A stretch of 64,000 nucleotides of DNA, from positions 18,104,001-18,168,000 of the forward strand of contig CM022669.1 in assembly GCA_012295275.1 (NCBI GenBank), read 5' to 3'. Under the pieces are notes generated by a model. The model searched no databases and had not been told where the DNA came from. It was given only the letters and a program-made list of their open reading frames with translations. The stretch comes from Chrysomallon squamiferum (Eukaryota; Animalia; Mollusca). Positions 52,737 through 64,000 of this stretch are shown piece by piece; position 1 is the first letter of the stretch, and each line of letters starts with the position of its first letter. The translations under genes were made by a program, and so were the position numbers.

Positions 52737-55700
52737 TCTGAAGTCTGTTATATAAAATTAATTTTAAACCTGAAGGAAGATCTGAAATACACCTAAAGAA
52801 ACCCAGGTGTATTTTTATTTTTATTATAATTTTATTATTTTGCAAGTATCAAAGAAAGGAATAATTGAAGTTCTGTTATAAGCGCACATAAAGATGTAAT
52901 CTGCAATTTTAATGAATTTCAAGAAAATGTTGTTAAAAAAAAAAATAATAATGAACAACAATTAGTGTGTATGGATAAACAACCTGTCAAGTGAAGAACT
53001 ACAGATTGTTAATTTTATTTTTTGAAAATCCATTTGTGGATTTTATCAGGCTGTAAAAGAAAAAAAAGAATTCCATATAGTTTGATGCAGCCATTTGTAT
53101 ATTTGTACATGTAGTTAGATCATGTTTTTTTTTTTCAGTTATATTTTGGGTTGGGTTTATTTTTGTGTTTGTGTGCTTTTTATTTTGTGTTTAAAAAAAC
53201 TTAATTAATTGTGTTTTTTTTTTTTTTTTCTTTTTGTTCAATTTTTGACCTATTTTTATTTTTGTATTGTTCAGTAGTTTTAAAAATTGTAAATTATTTG
53301 AGGAAAGTTGGATGTTATGAAGCAGGATAAAAATCAGGAAAACTCAGGGAATGTAGATGTTATAAAAGTATTACAGACATATTTGTCCAACAAAATACTA
53401 AAACCATGGAATATTTGGTTTATGGATTATGATATGTTTTATTAAACAAATATAATGCAAATAGAAAAATATATGTTTAAAAAAAAAAAGACCAAAATAT
53501 TATAAATATTTGTATATTTTATAAAATAATACTATAATGCAAACCAAAAATGTTTAAAAAAATATGTCGTTACTAATGATCATACTTTATAGATTTCTAA
53601 GAATGCTTACTCACATACTGAATTATGGCTTGAAAAATTTCATTGAAATTTAACATTTTATTTAACAGATATTATTTTTAATGAGCTTATGTAATTTGGC
53701 TAGTTTATATTTGAGTATTTCAGAAAAATATTTGGATTAGTTAATCCATTAGTATTTATAAACTTACAATATGCAAAATATCAATAAGTTATTATTAATT
53801 CTTGTAATAGGTTTTGAAACATTTAATAATTCTCAAAATAAGATAAAATCATTTTCAAATGTGCATCATAAATTAATTTTAGTTTATATTTCATTATCAA
53901 ATATTGTAACAGGTGTTATTGTTAGTTTTATATTGTTCTTGTACATCCTGATCTGACATTTTAAGCTTTCCTTCTTTTTATTTAAAAAAACAAAAACAAA
54001 CAATGCAGGTTAAATAAAAAATAAAAATATATACATAAGACATTCCAGAGATCTCTTTTGTTAAGAGGATACAGCCAGTAAAAATCAGTATTGCATTTAA
54101 TGTCAGATTGTATTGTCAGTTATTATCGGTTTACAGATGAGTGCCATTATTTTTTGTCATTTTCAATTTCCACCCTTGACAGTTGCAGCACTATCAAGTT
54201 AATGAAAAAGCAAAGCTATTTTTGTTTTTCCATGAATTTTGTTTCATTTACTAGAACATATTTATGAATGCAGAAATAACAGCATTTTTTATTCAGAGTT
54301 GTATATTTATTTATATGTGATAAGAACTCCACGACAACTTTTTCAAAACAGTTGTTTCTTTATCAATCAAAGGCAGTTTCAAATGTGATATGGATTTGAA
54401 AATGAAAAAGGACAATTTCACTTTATATATTTCACCAGAAAGTGTTATTTCAAAGTCTTTCATTTACAGTTGTTTTCACCATCAGGATAATAATGAACAT
54501 TGGTGCATTGTGTGTGTTTTACAAACCTAGAGAGATATTGTTATGAGATGAATTCAGTGAAAATTTCATTGGAAAAAATTATTACAAACATACTGATGTT
54601 TTGTCATCACCAGCCTGTGTTTATGATCTCATTTTTCAACTGTGATGATGCACTGCTTGAGGATAAATCTGGCTTGCCATACACAGACCAAAAAAACAGA
54701 GTAAGAAAATAAATTAAAGAAAAAAAAAACACAGAAAAAAAAACAACCATTGAAGTGCAGTTTACACTTTGTATGTGTTTTCCAACTAGTCAAAGAAAAA
54801 CTGAAACAATATAAAAACAAAAAGTGGCAATATCAACAGCAATAACAACATAATCGATCATACAAGCAAAAAGAAATGAAACATTGAACAGCAGGCAAAT
54901 AGGAACTGATTGTAGAGTTAAATTATCGTGGATTGTGAGATGCAGTAGGTGCTTTCTAAACACAGTGCTATTAAATATAAATTGTTAATATTCATGGCTG
55001 AAAAAGATTTTAAAAACTTGCCTGTGTAGCCAAAATGAGAAGACTGCCATGAAACAAATGTTCAACCACACAGTTTAAAATTCAGTGCTCAAATGTTTCT
55101 AGTCACATCACAACAATTTTGTGGTCTTATTAATTCTATTGTCTTAACTGATTTCGTGGAAATTTAAATATTATTCTATAAATAAATGAAACAAACACAG
55201 AGCAAAACAAATTATGAAATATCCTGTAAGAGTTTATTTCGTAATATTGTGAAGAAAAAGAAAAGAAAACTTAAAAAAAGGCTTGTTAAATTTCTCAGAA
55301 TTGTTGATTTGTTTGTACAGATCAGTGAGTAAGAATGGTAGGAACAACACTCGTAACATCGTTATCAACAACAACAACAACAGCAACAACACAACATTCC
55401 AGTGGATAACGAAACATGTTTATGTATTCACAATGTACAGAAAAGCGAAGAAAAAACAAAACTGACTGTTGTACATTTCCTCTGAGGTGTTTATTTACTT
55501 CTGTTGTTTTGTTAATATCTGGTCAAGATTCAGTTTAAATACTCAGGGAAGACTGTTTTTTCATTATTATTTTTTAAAATATAATTGATAAAGAAATTTA
55601 AAAAACAACAACAACAACTAGAAATATTTGTATCATGTTAGAAAGTGTTATCACACTGGCTTAATGATGTCATGTTTCATCAAAAGGAAATGGACATGTT

Positions 55701-58555
55701 TTTAAATATTGATATCAGCTATGTCGTTATCGTGCCATTTTTTATTAACAGATTTCATGGAATTAAAAAAAAAACAAAAAAACAATTAAAATTAAAAAAA
55801 AAAAAGAAAAAAGACCATACCAAGTGATATTAAAAGAACATTTTAGTTCCAGCGAACGACAACAGTAAACTGATGTTAAACAAGAACTAGAAGAAAAAAA
55901 AATCATGTCAGTTTTGGAAATTCAATTTTACATATTTAATGATTTCCAAGCAATGCTGTTTAAAGCATTTTCATGCAGTCATGGATATTTTATGTATATG
56001 ATTTATAGACTGTTTATATCACGATACATATATATTTTAAAAAGAAACAAACAAATAACTTGCTGATCTGTGATAACTTGAAGACCAAACTGAGGTTGTT
56101 GATGCTGCATCAAGAAATGAGAAGTTTGTTTTGTTCTAACTTTTATGTTTATATTTCATTAATCTCTGTGGTACCATCAAGCGTGTGATATTCTGATTAA
56201 TCAGCCTGCTTGTTTTGTTCTGAGATGTATATATATATTATGCAATTCTGTTGAGTTTAGAATGGGAAAAAACAAATAACACTATGTTTGAAATTAGCTC
56301 GAGGAAGTAAATGCATGTGATAAATGTTTTTAAAATGTTTTACCAGACACTAAGATCATTGGTTAAAGTTTGCTATGAAGTGCTGTGAACTTTGTCGAAA
56401 TTAAAATATTATATTTAAACTTAATATAAAAAAAACAAACAAACAAATATAAAATAAAATATTTTTTTTTATTTATTTTTTTTTCTGCAAGAAAAAATCT
56501 GTTGCTCTTTGTTACTTAAGTTCATTTATTACGGTGTATAACAGAAAGTTTGTTGCGCATGTATTCTTTGTAGTTTGTTATTCAGTAGCCTTAATGAAAA
56601 TTGAAAAGTGTTGCAAAACGATCTAGTGAAATTTAATGTGTTTACTGCAGTTGCTGTGAAGGAAAAAAAAAACAGGTTTTTCTTTCAAAATCAAATTTTA
56701 TTATTATTTTTAATATATTTTATATATAAATTTTTCTTAATTTTTAATTTTTTTTTAAATTTTTTTATAAATAATGCAAGCTATTGTACCCAAGATTTCT
56801 GAAAAATTAAACAAATGAATTATTTTTTTTAAAACATTTTAATTAAATCACATAAATTTACTTTGAAGGTTTTTTATGAGAATGGATAGTAATTATGTAT
56901 TATAATATACAACGCTGGGCATTTTGATCACTGATGAGAGACCTATTTCGTTACTGTATTTTGTTGAGAAAAATTAGCATGATGGGGAATGGTGTTTAAG
57001 TTACCATCAGATGTGGGATTATTCAGGTAACATTAATTTTTATCAATTAATTATTATTTATTTATTTATTACTATTAATATGTTTTTTAAATTATATATA
57101 TCTTTTTTGACTTCTCCTGATTTTAAAAATTAAAATCTAGTCATCAAAATTACGCAGATATAAAATAATGAAATTGGATATAGATTTTTATATATATATA
57201 TATATATAAATTTCAGTCAGTCTGTCAGTCAGAATGATTACCTAATTGTCATTTTTTTTTAAAATGCAAAAAACCCCAACAACATAAAGATAACCCCACC
57301 AAAAAGAAAACAAAACTAAACAAAACAAGTTCATTATTTTGAAAATAATTGCAGTTAGCTTTAATATTCATAATTATAATTGAAATTATCTTATGGCACC
57401 CTTTTTTGGTTAATGTTAAAATTAACATCATATTCTGAACCTCAGAAAGATGCTTAATTGTTAAGAAGTACTGAAGTTTAACATCAAGTTAAATTTTACT
57501 TAAACAGTCCAGAAACAAAAATATCTGATGATGATCCATTAAAAAAAATTAATTTTTATAAAGAAACAAAAACAATTAGTTAACTTGTGCTTCAGACTAC
57601 TTGTCAGTATCATTCTGTTAGAAGAACAGATTTTTTTAATCCGTTTATCAAGCTACTCCTCACAGGTTTTAACTTAAAAGTAATAAAATACCGATTTATG
57701 TTTTATTTAAGTGATTATTTATTATAACTGATTGAAATATAGAATTTGTACATTGAAATAAAAATAACAGTGGTTTGCGAAAATAGGTTATTTATTTTTA
57801 TTCATTTATTTATTTAATTTTTATTATTTTTATTTTCATTTTGAAACAACTCTTACAACTTATAGCGTACTGGTTTGTAACTATGGAGATTTTCAAGTTC
57901 TTTAACACAAAAAACTAAAATCAGTTATTAATAAAACAGCCGTAGTTTTCAAGCTATATGTATTTAATACAAGATTAAAATAAAAACAGTGGTTTTGTAA
58001 CTATTGTATGTACTTCTTAAACAATATAAAATAAAATTTTAAATGTTAACAGAAGAATTTTCCAAAATATACATCTTTTTTTGTCACAGAAATGTAAATA
58101 ATAGTTTTTGTTTGTAATACTTAAAAATTACCTCCATTGTTGTTGCTTACTGAAGGCTGTGCATTGTTATTGTGAAATGTTTTATGTTTTGAAAATATAG
58201 TTTTAGAACATCTGTAGACAAAGAAATGTATGTTGATGTTTTCTCTCTTGTTGAAAAATATGATACTGAAAACATTCTCTATGAATTATTTTCTTACTTA
58301 ATTATATCTATCATTTATTTAGTTATGTTAATTTCTTAATTTTGGTTAACTTGCCCTTTTATTGAAGAAATCAAATTTAATTTTTTTGAAGGAAAGAAAA
58401 CCAATTTTTATTTGTTATTAGTTATTCAGTGTCTTTGAAAATGGTTTAAATATATATATATATCGATATTTTTTTTTCTTCATATTTTCATATTTGTTTT
58501 TAGTACTTATTATTATTATTGTTATTATTATTATTATTATTATTATGATGATTGA

Positions 58556-58586
<31 letters not shown>

Positions 58587-59940
58587 AGACTGTGGATGGA
58601 CTGTCTGTTAGGAAACAAATAGAAAAAATAAAACAGTCCCACATTTGTATTCTGTGATAAGCTAACTCAGTTTTTCTTGTACCATAAAGCTTAAAATTCA
58701 GTTATTATATTTAACATTCTTGCCATACCAAAACCCCCCCCCAAAACTTCAACCCCCTCCTCCCACAAACAATAACAAACAAAAATAAACACTTAATATT
58801 CTAAAAACAGTCACATTGGTATCTATTCATTTTTTTTAAATGTTGGATAGGTATAAATATATTGTTTTTAACAATGTTTCCATTACAGAATTCTTCAAAT
58901 ACGCATTTTATGTGCATTGTTTTTGACTTTGTTACAATAGTCTGCCCAATATAGAAATCTGTCCCATCTTAATAATATAATTTTTATGATAATATAAAAA
59001 TTTCATAACAGTATGGCACATTCAGTGTAGAAAGATATTTTCAAGTTAGTCATGTCAATGGTACCAATACTGAATTTAATATATAGTTAGTGGTGTTGTT
59101 TTTTTTGTTTTTTTTATCTTCTGAAAAGAAGAAGAGAAAAGAATTTTGTTTGGGTTCTCCTTTATTTCCATTTTTTATGTCAAATTTAACAGTTTTTGGA
59201 TTTGTTTCTTGTAGAGCCTTTGTAATTAATAATCTCATTAATTGTATGGAGTTATTAATGAATTCCAGTTTAATTAATAACCATGATAATTACTTTATAA
59301 TGTTTTAGAAATTATTTTAATAGAGGTTTTTTTTAAAAGATAATACCAGAAAGTTTAATTTTTTTTAAATATATTTAGATTGGTATTAGATTTTTATCAC
59401 TAGTTTTTTTTTTTTCCTCAAAGTTGACACTTTTATAAGATTTTCATAAAATATTTACAATTTTTTAGCCTTAATATAATTGATAGAAGAAGCTCATTGG
59501 CATACCCATGACCTAATATGAATTTTATTATTAAAACATTTTTTTCGAAATTATATTTAAGGAAAACTATCTTTTTATTGACAAAACTGTGAAATTTTTA
59601 TATATATGTACTTGAAAAAAATTTGAAATCCTAAATGTATTGGGTACTTAATTTACTTTTCAAATGACTTTTCAGTTGTAATGATTTTTGGATATTTTTG
59701 TTTTCCACTATTAAAATTTGACTTTCATATATGCACATTTATATCAGTTTCATAGTTTGTGAATTACAAATGAATACCAAATTTAAACACATTTTTGAGA
59801 ATAGTTTACCTTAATTTGAATATTCAAAAAAAAATAATTCTTATTTAAAAAACAGTTCTGTTTGACCAGGAAAAAATCTTTAAAAATATATTTGTTTTTT
59901 ATTTTGTATACATTTTAAAACTTGGGAATATATACAAAAT

Positions 59941-59976
<36 letters not shown>

Positions 59977-60545
59977 AATACAGGATTTCTTTTTATTTCA
60001 AAAAAAAAAAAAAAATGGAATTTTTAATTTTGTTTTCTAACTTGGAGCAAAGTTGTAAATAAACCTGCACAAACTGAGTCCTGAATAATCTGTTTCTTTT
60101 CTTCTTTTTGATGAGTTGTCTCTCTTACTTAAAATATAAATTTTCTTACTTATAGGGAAGATGGACAAAAATATAGTTAACATTATCAAAAATAATTACT
60201 CGTTATGTCTTTAAGGGCATTATTTTAAATTTATTTTCTTTTAATTATTATTATTATTATTATTATTATTATGTTTATAAATCTTGACCATTTTCTAATG
60301 CATCATAACTGATTTTTTTCTTCTTGTTTTGTATTTTATTTTATTTTTTTTGTATTTTACATTTTCTTCTTGATATTTTGATTTAGACTTAAAAATAGTG
60401 ATACTTGTCACATGTATGTGTGTTTATATAAATAGCATATATATATATATATATATAGTGTAGTTTAATGATTGCTTTTTGTTCACTCTATACATTTTTA
60501 ATTCGGTTGTTAATTTGTGTCCTGTCAGCTTGCCCACTGATTAGC

Positions 60546-60584
<39 letters not shown>

Positions 60585-62769
60585 GATGTTTTAATATGAT
60601 TATTACATTGAAAGTTCAGTGGATTAATAAATTGTTTCTCTTTCATTATAACAACATTGCTAAAAAAAAGCAAAGGTGAAAAATATACACAAACAAAAAC
60701 TATCTAGCAGGATGAAAATTTGTTATATATATATAGTTTACAAATATAGCATTTGGATTTACAGAAATAGATAACACTATATTTTCGACAAGTGGATAGT
60801 TCTTAAGTTTCTAAATAACTCTTAATTTCCATAATTAAATAACTTCAGATATCCACACATAATGTCTCTGGTTTATGGAAAAATAACTTAATTAGCTGAA
60901 CAGAATGGCCAGGACAGGACACAAATTAACATTTAATTTCAATTTTTCCTTGTACAAATTATTGTTTGATATTCACTGTATCTGTTGTCTTTAATCACGT
61001 AAAAAGAGCACTTTTTAAAAAAAAGCGATCTTTGATTCATTTGTTTCATGCCACGGCAGTCAAACCCTTTTACAAAACACAAAACATGACCTCTTTCTTG
61101 TAGTCTGACATGTTTTTTCAGCATGTCTGAGAAATAAATAAATATTTTTAATTTAAAATGAATGTTCTGGTGGCATGGAATAATTAAATCTTTGATCACA
61201 TGGCAAAGTCAGAGTCTCACTGTATATAATATGTATGAATGACACACACACACTATATATAATATATATATATATATAAAATTATATATATATGTGTGTA
61301 GAAGGTGCTTCAGTACTGTTGTCTTCGATTAAGTGCAAAGATTCGCTCTGTTCTTTATTGGTGAAACAGAAGACACCCCGCACGTGTTCACAAAACCCTT
61401 GATCTGTGTTTGACTGTGCTATACTGGACAGTTTTACAGCAATAACAAGTAGCCAATTCAAAGAAGAAATGTTGGTTCTTTGTCCGACGGTGTTCATCGC
61501 TGTGTAAAACTAGACACGGCAAGCTGAATCGGTGTCTCTCGTCATTAACAGAATCTGAAGTGTTCAGTTTTAGTTTTCTTGCATAAAAAAAGAGAAATGA
61601 AGAAACTTTATGTAACAATTTGTCCTGTTGTCCTGTCTTTTCACAGACTGAGATATTATGTTTGTATTTAGGTTTTGGATTTTTGGTGGTGTTTTTGTTT
61701 TTCTTATGGAAGAGGTTTTGTAATTAAGAAAAAAAAAAATCTTTGAGTGATATTTAATTATTTTCCAATTGTAAAGGATAATGGACTTAAATTTGTGAAG
61801 TTTTTGCCTTTTAGAAGTGCTTTTTTTCAGTAATGAGTTGTCCACATGTCTTCAGGTTCTGTTTATTGACAACATCAAGCCATAGATATTTATTTCAAAC
61901 ACCTTGAATGTATTCCTCTGTTATATATTCCACCTCATTTGAAAGAGCGCCAAGCGACAAAGAACAATTTGTATTAGATCTGTGGTAGCTAATGTTTGTT
62001 GAAAACAAATTATGATGTTATATTTATTCTGATTGCACCATGTATAAGAAGTGCAGTTTACCACCAAGTCTTTCAAAGCATGGACAAAATGGTGTCAGCT
62101 ACATAGAAATAGTTTTAATGTTTTAGTTTGCAAGAACTAGATGAAGTTATTCTACCTCAACGTTACAATGCAGCTACCAAATATCATGACTTTTTTTCAT
62201 ATATAAATATAAGAATTTCTTTTAGGAAACAGATTTAGTACTAGGTAGTGATGAAGTTTGGTAGTTACTATATAAAACAGAGAAATACTTTGAAGATATA
62301 GTAAGTTGAAAACTAAACAATATTTTCTTTTAATATTTTTTTTAATTTAAAAAAAAAAAGAAGAAGAAAAATCACTCGAGGTATATAGGTTTGGCTTAAC
62401 ACAAACCTCAAATGGTGCTGAATTTCAGCTGAAAGTACTCTTTTGCAGAAATTCTTTCTTATTTATATTTTTCTAATTTTATTTATAAATTAATATTAAA
62501 ATGTAAATATTACTTTATAGAATTCCAGCTTGCATTGTTACAATCAATTTTAATCAAAGCTGACACCATTTTTGAAAGTCTGTTCTTTCTTCAGATGTTT
62601 TAACAGAAGGAATTTAAACATGATCTGTGTTGAAAACATTTAAATAAAAAAGAACAGCATCAGTGCATTGAAACAAAAAGCATTTATACCAGCTCATTGT
62701 ATATTTGACTCTGTGACCTAAGGATGTGTTTTGAGAGGTAAAGAAAATAATGTTAACAACCCATTATAT

Positions 62770-63090
62770 GAGTGTTTGCAAAAGAAAACATGACTTGTGT
62801 GATGTATGATCAAGTATAAGAACATAATATTGCTATTCATTATATAGTCATTTGCAAAAGAAAATACAACACGATCAAGTATAAGTAAATAATTCTATTT
62901 GTCATATATTGTTTGCTAAAGAACATGGCTTATGATCGATCAAGTATAAGAAATTATTACCATTCATTTTATATTGTTTGAAAAATAACATGACTTACGA
63001 TCACGTATAAGAAAATGTTACCATTCATTATGTATTGTTTGCAAAAGAAAATATGACATGATCAGATATGTGAAAATATTACCATTCATC
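62770..63090. repeat. Degenerate ~60-bp tandem array, about 5 units
   Basis: Recurring TTGTTTGCAAAAGAAAACATGACTT..GATCAAGTATAAGAAA..TTACCATTCATTATATA. Confidence 0.8.
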
Positions 63091-64000
63091 TTACGGTTAT
63101 TTGACATAAGAATGTGTATTCAAATAACAATAGTGCTTATACATGTATATGTATATGTGTGTATATGTATAAATAAATATATACACTGTACGACGACGAA
63201 CATAAACGGGTTATATCATTATATTAGCTGCACTGAAAGAAAGGAGGGCACTGTTTTATATATCATCCCGACAGCACTCCAAGAATGTCCTTTTTCATCA
63301 GGTCTTTTTTTTTCCTTTTTTTGGAGAGCAGTTTAATTTTTCTGATGTTATTTACCAACATTGTTTTGATCAAATGATGGGCTTTTATTGTTACGTTTGA
63401 ATAATTTTGTTCTCGAGTCAGCAGTGGCAGTCATTTATTTTTGTTTTCCTTTTTCATGAGTAGCTCAGTGATTATGACATTTTTAAAATTAACTTTCAAA
63501 ACAAGTGATAATTTATGCATTGGATTATTAAGCATTAGTTACAAATAAACAGCTTATATCAACAAAATTTTATTACGAAGAGTACAAAAAGTACATTTTT
63601 ATATTCTCTTTTTTTTTTTAAATTATATGTATATTACTGGATATGTAGTTACAAAGTTCAAAACACAAGTTTTACAATGATATGTCTCATACTTAGTAAT
63701 CTATGATTGTCCAGTATAAACAGGTTATAATTTAATGTCAACTTGACACATTCCAGTTAAATGTTTTGGACATACCAAGATAGAATTTTGAGACTTAGTT
63801 ACCTAAATTGCATTAAGTATATAATTGATTAAAAATGTTTACCTAGCAGATGACAGATAAATGATCACAGTAAAAAAAAAAAAAAAAAAATTTAAAATTA
63901 AATCCAGTTTAAAATAGAGCACTAAATGAGTTACTTGTATGACTTTCCAAACAAACTAGTCACTTATTTTGCCATCTAGTAAAATAGAAAATATTTTGAA

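Noticed and set aside
52800-61200. Short ORFs in the long AT-rich tail
   Set aside because: No phase-consistent exon chain or recognisable protein motif; probably UTR or intergenic.

Overview
AT-rich, intron-dense animal genomic DNA. It is probably a gastropod mollusc, inferred from SINE-like relics and gene content. Five spliced genes were reconstructed by hand with consistent splice phases: (1) DAP3/MRPS29 (+, 1421-9472, 12 coding exons, ~414 aa); (2) an uncharacterised ~252-aa gene (-, 13255-10401, 8 coding exons), mostly missed by the ORF track; (3) a ~1690-aa KCBP/kinesin-C-type kinesin-14 with a C-terminal motor (+, 14653-37797, ~39 coding exons); (4) fructose-1,6-bisphosphatase (-, 47407-42099, 7 exons); (5) FBXO33 (+, 49653-52736, 4 exons), broken by a -1 frameshift. 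Main observations: two U12-type (minor spliceosome) introns in adjacent genes, one nested inside a possible U2 intron (twintron-like); two outward-facing first-exon donors only ~62 bp apart; two Sld2/RECQL4-N or FAM13-like modules in the kinesin stalk; kinesin microexons; a GC-AG intron in FBP; a 439-bp MITE with ATTT target-site duplication; and several local tandem arrays. No gene could be supported after ~52.8 kb.
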